Source: Ginglymostoma cirratum
Taxonomy: Eukaryota
Length of the DNA: 64,000 nucleotides
Direction of reading: 5' to 3'
Assembly: GCA_024137785.1 (NCBI GenBank)
Contig: JAHRHZ010000145.1
Location: 26,563,146-26,627,145, forward strand
Every line of letters begins with the position of its first letter. Positions within the stretch are counted from its first letter, which is position 1. This document shows, piece after piece, positions 1-11,235 of the stretch. The position numbers and the translations under genes are program-made. A model generated the notes under the pieces. It was not told where the DNA came from. It was given only the letters and a program-made list of their open reading frames with translations, and did no database searches.

Positions 1-97
1 TCTGAAGAAGGGTCTAGGCCCGAAACTTCAGCCTTCCTGTTCCTCTGATGCTGCTTGGCCTGCTGTGTTCATCTAGCTCTACACCTTGTTATCTCAG
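1..97 (+). mobile_element. Penelope-like pseudo-LTR fragment (family A, 'GGGTCTAGGCCC') with minimal hammerhead core at 2-29
   Basis: CTGAAGA-A-GGGT(CTAG)GCCC-GAAAC-TTC, followed by the same ~70 nt that ends the GIY-YIG-bearing copies at 35456-35550 and 40087-40179. Confidence 0.85.
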
Positions 98-507
98 GTG
101 TCTGGAGTGTTACCTCTAACACATTTCTCAATTCCAATGCTACAGGAAAGGAGACCTTTATTGTTGGTCATCCCAATAATGGGGCTGCTCTTCTCTCACA
201 ACTCCAGCACAGTTTAAAAATAATTTGCAGACTTTAGCAAATCTGTGGCTTGACCAAATTTCCCTTCTTGTTTTCCTGTTCAAAGCCACAATGCAATTCT
301 TCAGTTAAGGTACCAATCTCTTTTTGATGTTCTATTCATCCATTATGAGACCAATTCAGTACATAGGACTCTACCACAACCAGTTTACATTCATTAATAT
401 GAAAGAAAAATAAGTGAACAATTAGGTGATTCAAAGTGTTTAGTAAAACACAAAAGTATATGATGCATTTACCTTACAGAGTTTTGTTGTGTACATGAGC
501 TTGTTTA

Positions 508-610
508 GTCTGTGTGTGTGTATGTGTGTCTGACTGTGTGTGCATATGAGCTCATTTTTTTGTCTGTGTGTCTCTTTATGTACGTGTCTATGTGCTTTTG
601 TGTATGCGTG
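508..610. repeat. Degenerate (TG)n microsatellite / low-complexity tract
   Basis: TG-rich run visible directly. Confidence 0.8.
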
Positions 611-1261
611 AGCATCGGATTATAGTGTCCTCTGGCAGAGTCACCTTCATTGTGGTGAGGTTTGAGGCCCATTATCCAAGTCTTTTTAAATCTCACCAAA
701 TGCATACAGGGAAATAATAGGCCCCCAAAGGTACCCAAAAGTGTGAGCTCCCAGGTTTAAGCCCCATGGTAATGCAAAATTATTAAATGTTGCAACAACT
801 GTACTAAAAGTATTTCTTGACCTACTAAATCCTGTTGCTCCTTCATTTTCTATTTATGATGGTAGATATCTTTTCCCTTAAACATCACTATTTATTACAA
901 AATTGTGTTGTAAATTGACTTGAAAAGGCCAATAGAGAATGAGTGGACAGGGGTTTCCATAGTTCCACAATATCAGGATCTGCTGTAAAATTTCATTTGT
1001 CACAGAAATCGCCTACTGCTGAACAATCAATCAAAATAGAAACTGAACCATTGCTAGCTTTCTTAAAACAAAATTGCAAAACCAGCAGGGAGGAAGTTCA
1101 TGACTGAGACTCAGACAAACACTTGAAAAGGAGATCATGGCAATACATTATCAGGAACATTCTGTTGCGTTAGGGTTAATGGAGCCAACTATTTTTATCT
1201 GGAAATAACCCATGAAGGGCTTTGTCATCATACAGGGTTGGATATTAATAGAAACAGTCTA

Positions 1262-2168
1262 GTATTCCATTATTTAAAAAAGGAGGTAGAAAGGAAACAG
1301 GGAATTACAGATCACTTAGCATGACATTGGCAGTAGGGAAAATGCTGAAGTCCATTATAGCAGACTAAGTATCAGAGCACTTGGAAAACAGTGACAGAAT
1401 CTGCACAGATTTACAAAAGGGAAATCATGCTTGACAAATCCATGGGAATTTTTCAAGGATGTAACTAGTACAAATGATAAAGGGAAACCAGTGGATGTGG
1501 TTTATTTGGACTTTCAGAAGGCTTTCAATAGATCCCACGTAACAGACTAGCATGTTAAATTAAAGTGCATGAAATTGGGCGTCATGTAATGACATGGGCA
1601 GAGAACTAGTTGGCAAGCAGAAAGCAAAGAGTAGGAATAGCTGGGTCTCTTTACGAGTAGCAGCTAGTAGGATACCGTAGGGATTAGTACTTGGACCCCA
1701 GCTGAACAGAATATATATTAATGATTTAGCTGAGGGAACTAAATGTATTATCTCCAAGTTTACAGAGGACACAAACCTGGGTGGGGGAATGAGCTGTAAG
1801 AAGGATGCAGAGATACTTCAGTGTGATTTGGAAAAGTTGACTGAGTATTCAAACACCTGTAAATTAAAGTATAATATGTATAAATGTGAGGTTATCCATT
1901 ATGGTAGCAAAAACAGGAAGGCAGATCATTACTTGGATGGTGATAGTTTGGGAAAGGGGGAGGTACAATGAGGCCTGGGTGTCCTTGTGTACCAATTGCT
2001 GAAAATAAGCATGCAGGTACAATAGGTGGTGTGAAAACAAGTAGCATACTGACCTTCACAGTGAGAGGATTCAAGTACAGGAGCAGGAATATCTTGCTGT
2101 AATTGTAGAGGGCCTCAGTGAGACCGCACCTTAAGTATTGTGAGCAGTTTTGACTTCCTTATCTGAAG
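1262..2168 (+). mobile_element. CR1 LINE ORF2 (RT) fragment, decayed
   Basis: PLFKKGGRKETGNYR, VDVVYLDFQKAF, degenerate GVPQGSVLGP and FADDTK (FTEDTN), KCEVIHYG, RPHL motifs with stops and frameshifts. Confidence 0.92.
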
Positions 2169-2451
2169 GGGCTAATTCACTTTCACATGCAAAGATTCAC
2201 CTTGACAAAACTCAGCCATAGCCTTGTTCGGAAATCCAGAAATGTCCACGAAGCACAAAAGAGAACCCATTCTGAAATATAATGTATCCATCCTAAAGGA
2301 CTATTTATTCATATGACTTGATTTTTGTTATTCTGTTATAAATCAAGCAGGTTTCTTCATTGTCCAGAATCTATTTCTACTTGTTTGTGAGTGTCTGTGT
2401 GCATGGGGGAATGAATGTTTTTATTGAGTTTACAATTTGGGGTGTCAAGTG

Positions 2452-2668
2452 TGTAGTGATTGGAATGAGGTCAGCCGGGTGGACCTCATAGAATTCAAGT
2501 TCTCTGACTGGGGCTGTTAATCTGGTCCAATCAGGGAGCCCTGGCTGATATATAAACAGGAGTGTCAGGGATTCTGTTCAGTCTAGGATCTGATTCTGGG
2601 TTAGTGTCATGTAATATGCATGTGTAAATATAGGGTAACTGGATACTGGCCGTCGTATAGTTATTTCA
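2452..2668 (+). mobile_element. Solo LTR (217 bp) related to the Gypsy LTRs at 25646-31088
   Basis: TGTAGTGA...TTATTTCA termini, internal TATATAAA, 5-bp flanks AAGTG/ATGTG (TSD, one mismatch); similar to reverse complement of 25646-25861. Confidence 0.85.
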
Positions 2669-4816
2669 ATGTGAATAAATATTTTATCTTTTCTTCTGAT
2701 TGATGTTCACCTAAAAGCCCGCTTCAAGAAGGCTAACAGCATTCAAAACACTCCCTTGAGTGGCGGACAACCAAGAGGTGAAGAGCAAAGTTATTGTACC
2801 ATTTCCCTTCTGTCTGTAGCAGGTGGGGGTGTAGAATGTCGCTGAGTGGCTATGTTTCCATTGGCACCAACTGCCACAAGGGAAACCAAACTTGCATAGC
2901 AAACTCAAACAGACATTGGGTTCTTTCATTTTCATGTGCAAAGTGCATAATATCTGTTTCATTTGTGGGTCAGGGGCACAAACTTATTGTTCTTACATTT
3001 AATGGTCAGTGGCACAATTGCTAAAAAAAAATCTTTGTTCCTGCTACATTTGAAGCGTTGGAACTCTAAATAGTGCCTGTAAAATGGGAGTTGCATGGAA
3101 TGATTTCTAGTAGATGCTCTTCTGTTGTGGAACCAGATATCATAAAAGTATAAGATATTATAAAAGTTAAGAATGTTAGGAATGAAAGGTAGGGTCTTCT
3201 TTACATTTTTTTTGCAGAGGGAAATTTGCAGGATTCCTCACAGAGAACACAATTAGATAAATACAAAATTGGCCAACTCAGACATTTTAATAATATTCAT
3301 TTAACTTGGGTTTTTCCCACCATAAATCCTCCTACTTAACATTTTCATTCAAGAAAGAAGAAGGAAAGATTACAGAAATGAAAGAGATCCATCAAAACTG
3401 CTTGAAAAATCATAATTAGATGGGCTCAAACAGTCACACCTCGCTGCCCCTTACCAGAGACATGCAACTTCAGAGAAGTAAAAGTCAAACACCTAGAAAA
3501 CCCACCATCTGTAAGGGGACCAAAAGATAAGGAACATTTCTTTCTGACTCCCCCACATATTTGAAGCAAATGTAAAACTAGACTGATACTACTGCATATT
3601 TTGCAAAAATCCACATTTAGGTGCAAATAGCGCAATCTCCTAACCAGCGTACTATATTGTCACATCCATCAAAGAAGATTGCCCATAAGAAGGGAAATGA
3701 CAAGAAAGGAAGAGTATGTAACATGGGTGAGGTGAAAGAATAGACTTGGGGATCAGTGGGAGTAAAATCCAGGAAAAACACAAGAATGTTGAGAAGCTGA
3801 CTCTGAATTGCCATCTTCCCATATTTCACTCTAACACATTTTATTGTATGAGCAAGGAACCCTTTTCCCTCCAAACTTGAGTTGTCAATGAGAATTAGAG
3901 CAATATTAACATAGGTTTTGAAGATTAATTTTGCCTCCATGGTTTTCATTCACCAATGAAAGCAAGGAGAAAAACAATGGAAGCTGGGAGAGTGGGAGCC
4001 TTGACAGTTGGCATATATTAACAAATTATAAACTAAGTTGTCACATCTGTTTTCTTAGCTGCCTGTAAATTGGCATAAAGATGCCAATAAAGAATGAGTG
4101 GACAGGAATTTTGATAGTTTTTTTAAGGGAAGAACCATCTTCTCAGTACTTGTGCTGAACATTTACGTTAGAAGTTTACATACTTTGAATGTTTGGTGGT
4201 CAAAATGGTATTTCAGAGTTCTGAGCTATTAAATCTTCCCTTGATTACAAAACTGCCCAGTGGATTGTAAGGAAGAAAATATAACTTAGCTACCCAAAAA
4301 ATAGAGAGAAGAAAGAGAAAATTAAACCAGTGAGCCTGGCATCAGTCATCAAAAATGCTGGCATCTATTCATGGCTAGTTATTAATAGGCTACTTTAGAA
4401 TATCCTAAAATGATGAAGCAGAGTTAATACGTTTTTATGGAAAGTGAAATCATGTCTGATAATTTTTCAGAGTTTTAAACATGTAATTGAGAGGGTAGAT
4501 AATGTGAAACCAGTGCACGTAGTGTACATATTCAGATTTCCAAATGACATCTGATAAGGTGCAGAGGTCAATACATAAGATAAGAATTTATGTTGATGTC
4601 CAGAAGGTTTTGTGTATCCTCAGTCAAGTGATATTGAAAATTAGCATGTAAGTAAGGCAAGAGACTATGAAGGCAAATGGCACATGAATCTTTATTCTAA
4701 GGAGTTTTGAGTACTACCATAATATTGTATGGAGCTTTGATGAGACCACATTGGGGGTATCCTACACAGTTGTAGTTTTGTTGAGGTAGGTTGGCTCACC
4801 GAGCTGGTTTGTTGTT

Positions 4817-4860
4817 CCGCAGACGTTTCGTTACCGTGCTTGGTAACATCCTCAGTGCAG
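4817..4860 (-). ncRNA. Minimal type I hammerhead ribozyme, intact core
   Basis: Minus strand: CTGCA-CTGAGGA-T-GTTACC(AAGCAC)GGTAAC-GAAAC-GTC-TGCGG; 6-bp stem II, 5-bp stem I (one G-U), GUC site, palindromic ACGU in place of stem III. Confidence 0.85.
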
Positions 4861-5456
4861 CCTCAAATGAAGCGTCGGTGTGTTTTCCCGCCTAGCTTTT
4901 AAACTCTGGGGTCCTTTGCGATGGATTGCCTCACTTCCGGGTTTCCGCCGTAATGGAATGTACATGGGGTCGAGTTCAATGTGTTTATTAATAGCCTGCT
5001 TCATGGAGTGCCATGCTTCCAGGAATTCTCGTGCTTGTCTCTGCCTAGCCTGTCCCAGGATCTTGGTGCTGTCCCAGTCCAAGTCGTGGTTCTCCTTGTC
5101 CAGGTGGATTGAGATGAGTGAGTATTGGTCGTGTCTTTTAACTAACAACAAGAGTATATGAACACCAACTGGCTACAAAAAGACACGACCAATACTCACT
5201 CATCTCAATCCACATGGACAAGGAGAACCACGACTTGGACTGGGACAACACCAAGATCCTGGGACAGGCTAGGCAGAGACAAGCACAAGGATTCCCGGAA
5301 GCATGGCACTCCACGAAGCAGGCTATTAATAAACACATTGAACTCAACCCCATATACATTCCATATTGGCGGAAACCCGGAAGTGAGGCAATCCATCGCA
5401 ACGGACCCCAGAGTTTAAAAGCCAGGCAGGAAAACACACTGACGCTTCATCAGAGG

Positions 5457-5500
5457 CTGCACTGGGGATGTTACCAAGCACATTAACGAAACGTCTGTGG
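5457..5500 (+). ncRNA. Hammerhead ribozyme copy with damaged core
   Basis: CTGGGGA instead of CTGAGGA and two stem II mismatches relative to the 4817-4860 copy. Confidence 0.65.
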
Positions 5501-6079
5501 AACAACAAACCAGCTCGGCGAGCCAACCAACCTCAACACCCACAACCCGAGCTACAAATCTACTCCAAAACCTTACAGTTGTAGTTTCCTTAACCAAGGA
5601 ATAAATTCATTGCCTTGCAACGAAGGTTCATTAGTTCAGTTTATGGGATAAGAGGGTTATTAAATGATTAGAATTGAATAGAATGGGTTTATACTCCCTG
5701 GAGTTTAGAAAACTAAGATCTCATTGAAACATATATAACATTCTGAAGGGCCTTTATGGGGAAGATGCTAGGTTGTTGTTTCCTCTTGCTGGAATCTAGA
5801 AGAAAGAGCAGAGCCTCAGGACCATAGGTTGATCATTTTATGACTGAGATGAGGAGCTGCAAACTTCAGTTATATTCATGACTGAGATACATGGATCTTT
5901 CCACTGTAAGGGCATTGAAGAATATTGAAGTCTGGCAGAAAAATAGAGCTGAAGTCAAAGATCAGCCATGGTCTTACAGAATAGTGAAGCATGCCCTTTA
6001 ATCTACCTTTGCTGCTTTTCCTTACACTCTTAGAGAAATCAGCATGATAGTTGTTTACATTAAGTTATCTCGGAATTCA

Positions 6080-7070
6080 GCAAAGATAATGAAGACCAGC
6101 AGAAGCACTAGCATCAATTGCAACAGGAATACCAGCAGCAGCAGCAGCCTGCTGGTGATCACAAATCTGCAGCCTCACATGAGAAAGGGCAGAGATGCAA
6201 GCTGATGTTGTTTGTGCTCAAGGTGTAAGCTTTACAGATATGCTGGAGTTCCAGTGTCTGAGGAGTCTCAGATGTCACATCAGTTAGTCACAGGTTCTGC
6301 AGTGTATTGGGACAAGAACAACTGTCAAGTAGCAGTAGTTATCACCACTATCCTCAGCTTTTTTGCAACTGAGTCCTTTTCAGGATGCACGTAGAGATGT
6401 TTACAGGACTTTGTATTCAGTAGTTCACACATAAATAGATGATTGATTGCTATTTGCTAATCCATCAATTATGTAAAATTTGTCTATGATGTTGCATGAG
6501 ATGATGAGGATTTGAGGACCATATGTCCAGGATGCTACCAACTGCAAACATGGCGAGTTAGACTTCCCCAGACGTTCTAGGAGTGTTCATGCAGTGTGAA
6601 TGCTTCCAGTCCATCAACATGCAGCTGGAACACAATCACAAAAAGACTTTTATGCCAATGTGCAAAAGATTTTCATGCAGCTGCCTAATATGTTTATCCT
6701 AATTGATGTCTCCCAGCTGGAAATTGAGTTACCAAATTTAAAATGTAGTTGGTGAGTTCTCTCAGAAACCAATGTGGTGAAATTCAGGAACAATATAATG
6801 AATGTCACAGGACTGCCAGATATGTCATCAGACTAACCATTGGTATGATGAAGATTCACTTGAGGAATCTGCATAGACATGTGGATGCCCTTCAGTATGC
6901 ACGAGCTGTTGCAATGCACTGCCCTCTGAACAACATTCACAGCAACAAGGTTTAGATCTGCAGAAGGAATAGAAATCAGAGCCTCCTTGGAAGATTCTGA
7001 GGAACAAGAAGAGAATAGGAAAGAAGTTACAAAATGAAGCACCACCAGTAGCATTCATTGATGCCTGAAG
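6080..7070 (+). mobile_element. PIF/Harbinger DDE transposase fossil
   Basis: FQSINMQL..HKK.FM.MC.RF.CSC and EQYNECHRTARYVI..TIGMMK....L....DALQY resemble the Harbinger FHSINVQ..CD / YN..H...R..IE..IG.LK.RFRCL blocks; many stops; (CAG)5 at 6133-6147. Confidence 0.7.
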
Positions 7071-7698
7071 TATTCCCATTGTTGCAAGGTCCATTTAGGT
7101 TCCACCAGTCCACACATTGAAAAATCTCATGCATATGTTACTTTTGCACAAACACATTTATGTTTATACTCTTATCCAATTACAAATCTTTACACTACCT
7201 CTTCCTAGTATTTCTACCTGTTATAGCTCTTCTAACTTCAGCAGAGGTAGAACTACTCTACTCAGATCCCTGGACTGCAGGCTCAGATGGTCCAATCAGT
7301 ATCCTTTCGATGTTGCAGCTTATAAGAGCCCTGGCAAAATTTGTTCCACTTGCACCTGCACAAGGACAAACTCACCCATCACAGCAAGCAAGGTTGTACA
7401 AGTGATTTTATTTTAAAAACTAACATTTGCCTGTGTCCTTATTAATGGACTCATTTATAAGGCTACATTTACACCAAGATATGAATATCAATAGTGGTAT
7501 ATATGATCAGTAGTCATCCAACAGATTTAGCAAAATTGCATTTACATCTATTAAGATTTGTCATTGATTTTCATCCTTCAGACATGAACACACTATAGGT
7601 CATGCAATGTTGTTTCTTCTGCTATTCCTTGTCACGCTGTCAAGTTGATAGCATTATTTGACATGCAGACTCCACACAGAAGTCACTAATGTTTCTGA

Positions 7699-7880
7699 GA
7701 TAGTAGGAACCGCAGATGCTGGAGAATCTGAGATAACAAGACGTAGAGCTGGATGAACACAACAGGCCAAGCAGCATCAGAGGAGCAGGCAGTCTGTTGT
7801 TTCGGGCCTAGACCCTTCTACCTTCCTGCTCCTCTGATGCTGCTTGGCCTGCTGTGTTCATCCAGCTCTACACCTCGTTA
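7699..7880 (-). mobile_element. Non-coding palindromic PLE mini-element (family A)
   Basis: Tail plus pLTR on minus strand (7699-7819), then the opposite-orientation arm; 16-bp TSD TCACTAATGTTTCTGA at 7683-7698 and 7881-7896. Confidence 0.9.
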
Positions 7881-8169
7881 TCACTAATGTTTCTGATTGA
7901 TTGACAAGAGACATCCCTATAGAATGAAAGTTGGTCCTCACAGTCTGTTATCCCTGCAGAATTTACCTACAGCTAGTTGGCAGCAACATGTCCAGAGAGT
8001 GCAATAAGTTCCAATGTCAACTCAGAACAGAATTCATACTCCATAGCCTGTTATTTGAAAGTCCATTGCTTCACTACTACAACAATGCACTTTTCAAATC
8101 TATGCCTTTTTTTTCCACAATGTTAATACTGCATTTGCAAAGGATTTAATGAGAAAATTTTAAAATTAA

Positions 8170-8582
8170 ATACATAATTCATTTCACAATCTCAGGATGA
8201 CTCAGAACACCTTACAGAAAATAGTTCAAAGTATTGTCTTTGCTGTAATGTGAAAACACAGCTGCCAATTTACATTCACCATGCTCCCACAAACAACAAT
8301 GTGATTTAGATCAGATGATTTTCTTTTTGATAATAAATAATGACCAAGACACTAAGGCTTGCAGCTCTTCTTTGAGATGGTACTGTGGAATGTTTTTCAT
8401 TCATTTGAGAAAGCAGACAGGCTCTTGGTTTAATGTCTCATCAGAATGACAGCAGCTTCAACTGTGCAGCACTCTCTCAGGGCTATGCTGAATGCCAGCT
8501 TAAAATATGTGCCCAGCTCTGAGTAGCCAGACTAGAACCCCTGACCTTCTGACTCAGAATGTCATTGAGCTACAGCAGACAA
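8170..8582 (-). mobile_element. SacSINE1-like Deu-SINE
   Basis: Minus strand shows tRNA-like head (ctgagtcagaaggtcaggggttc) and Deu-domain-like gagtgctgcac...gatgagacattaaacc; recognised from memory of consensus. Confidence 0.7.
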
Positions 8583-10261
8583 TTATTAGAATGGTAAACC
8601 ATTGCTTAGATAGCTAATTTTATATTTTCCTCTCATAGGTGTATTGTTTTCATCATACCCTAATTACTGATCCCTGCCCATTATTTTGAGCTAAACCACC
8701 CCGTAATGAGGGAAGTAATTGCTTTTAATAAAACTTAACTTCAGCATCTTTTATTTATTTTTCAGCTTGCAAAATAAAATGCAATTAATTTTCTGCAGGT
8801 AATACTAAATTACTGAAAAAATGAACAACTTTGAAATAAAATAAAGAAAAAGATAGATTTCTTCAAAATAATTGAATGTCAAATAAATGACTCAATTGCT
8901 GGCTATTGGTATCAAAACGTAATTGTTATGCCAATTAGAAATAATTTACACTCTCTAAGGGTCAGGAGGGGAATTTATCTAAGGGTTTCCTAGGTCATTT
9001 CTTCATCTATCTCTTCCAGCTTCTGATTCTACAGTGAATGCTGCAAGTTGCTCACTAATGAGCTACTCTTAAAGGTTGTACTATGGCTGCACTCCCTGGT
9101 TTGGCCTTCTTCCACGTCTACTATTAATAAAATTGTTAACATTTCAGCATACTTTACTTTATAAGTGGATAGGTCTAACAGAATGGCATGATGTCTTCTT
9201 CTGAGCCAGAATCCAGCACTACAACAGATTGAGAACATGCATAGGAGGGTGCAATGCCTGTTGCACCTTTCCCTGCCCACACACACATACACAGAGTTCT
9301 TTCACCCTTGCTGAGTCGCCCCTCTCACCCACAGTTCTGCAGCATCTGTTGTCTCTTTCCATAACCTACCACAGATACAAATAATTGCAGACATTTCTGA
9401 ATATGCCTTTCCTCTGCAATGCTCCTGCCACCTACTTTTCTCGACCGACTGAATTTATGATGGGAATAAAACAGCAGAATACTGATGCTTAAAGGTATTA
9501 TGGAGAACATTGAACAAAAATAAATATGAATACTATTTGATGGTTTGCTTGAGAAAGGGCAGTTTTTAATCTGTCTCAGTTATCTTTCCTCTTTAGTGGG
9601 GTGCTGCAGTGGCATCACTGAAGGCACACCAAATGTAGTGTGGGTCACTACTTCAGAACAACCTGAATGCTGATCTGCAGCTAATCCACAACAGGAAACT
9701 TTTCACCAGCTGGGACACTGTGTAACCAATCTGGTGGGCTTAACTGAGAGGTCAGCAAAGTGACTTCTGCAAAGGGTGTCAAAGAAGATTTATGTCAATG
9801 TAAATTTTTCAATTTAAATTGACGGCATAGCATAAACGAGGCAAGCTTCTTGAATTCTATTTCCCTCTAAGCTCCATATTTGTGTGTAGAGTCGAAATCT
9901 CAGTCTATCAAATTTATATAGTGAAATATTTAATGAATGCTTTGAATATTACATTTTAGGAATTTGAAACAATTTGGGCACACAATTCATGTGTGCAGCA
10001 TTTTCTTCAAACTGACCTACACAGGTTTGCCTGCAGAGTTCCATGAAAGTAGCCAGTGAGTGGAGGCTGGCTGGTGGATCTGGTGCTGTCCCAAAAGTCT
10101 CTGTGTGCTTTGACATCAACATTTTCTTATAGTCTACCTCAACAAAGCTCTAATCTGAGACCCCTAAAACAACATTGTCATGTAGTATCGTAATCTAGGG
10201 AGTTCACACGTCAGCTGACTTAGCTCCTTGTTGGAATAAAAGGGCAGATGTCTATGTTTGG

Positions 10262-10800
10262 TTTGTGAGTGTAATCACAAGGATTAAAGACCGCATTCCC
10301 GCAACATGCAGAACCAACGTAGTTTATGAAATAGCATGCAAGTGCTGCCTCAAACATTACATCAGACAGACAGGAAGGAAACTAGCCATCAGAATACACA
10401 AACATCACCTAGCAGCAAAACGACATGACAAACTTTCCTTAATATCAGTACACTCGGACAATGAAAGCGTCAGTTTAACTGGTTCAGCGTAACCATAGTA
10501 GCCCAAGCCAAACTTAGACATACTCGGGAATTCCTAGTGGCATGGCTCTCAACCCATAATGCAAACAACAAACAAATAGAATTGGATCCCATACACAAAC
10601 CCATACAGAACAAAACCCGTAAATAACAGTACTCACCATAACAGACCGGACAGTATAAATTCCAAATACAGTAGAACATCGTTTCATCAGAGGCCTCACT
10701 GATGATGTTACCTAGCATGATGACAAGATGTCTGAACAAAAACAAGCCAGCTCAGCGAGCAAGTCAACAACCTCACCCACAACCCAAGCTGCAACTCTTT
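10262..10800 (+). mobile_element. 5'-truncated Penelope-like element (relative of family B) with GIY-YIG endonuclease remnant and decayed hammerhead at 10699-10732
   Basis: NVVYEIACKCCLKHYIRQTGRKLAIRIHKH = VVY-x-I-x-C-xx-C...YIG-x-T-x-R motif; 3' end resembles 5440-5570. Confidence 0.88.
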
Positions 10801-11085
10801 GCCATCATCCATGATGGCCTCAGCAACCACCACTGGCTCTGTGGACTTGCTGTCATTGATGCCTGGACAATTTCTTAGATGGTGCTAAAGAAAGTATTAC
10901 ATGGTGGCTCTCTACCCATCATCTCCTTCTCCCACTTGATATGGTAACCTTCCCCAACATCAGTCACAGTCAGTCAGTGTGTTTAGATGATCTACCTCAT
11001 ATGGCTGAATAACAGGAGGTAGTGAAGGTTGAATGTTTATTTAAATACAGGGAAACCCACACATGTTCTCAGATATTTCCACCTG

Positions 11086-11235
11086 CACACACAGGCAAGA
11101 TCTTGGCTCAACAATTGACCCAAAAACCGCATCTCTGACAATGCAGTGCTCCTCCAGTCATGTGTTAAAATATCAGTCTAGACCATACGCTCAAATTCTA
11201 ATGGAAGAGTGTTATCTACAGACTTCTGGCTATTT
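11086..11235 (-). mobile_element. Deu-SINE-like fragment
   Basis: ctctgacaatgcagtgctcc (Deu-like core, minus strand); inverted homolog of 13483-13652. Confidence 0.55.

Larger units (their letters stand above)
4779..5574 (+). mobile_element. Fold-back Penelope-like element (family B): inverted arm 4779-~5140, direct arm ~5145-5538, 36-nt tail 5539-5574
   Basis: Both arms encode the GIY-YIG C-terminus (EHQLATKRHDQYSLISIH...WD..KIL...REFLEAWHS); 13-bp TSD ACAGTTGTAGTTT at 4766-4778 and 5575-5587. Confidence 0.93.
4290..6030 (+). mobile_element. Old CR1 LINE 3' portion, split by a Penelope insertion
   Basis: CR1 RT remnants (PVSL, VRPH, YSLEFRK, DLIETY) continue across 4778/5588; 3' UTR gatcagccatg... 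Confidence 0.85.

Noticed and set aside
505-738. His/Thr-rich ORF
   Set aside because: Translation of a (CA)n-like microsatellite
4852-5486. Overlapping sense/antisense ORF pairs as a toxin-antitoxin-like or bidirectional gene
   Set aside because: Fully explained by the two inverted arms of one Penelope insertion
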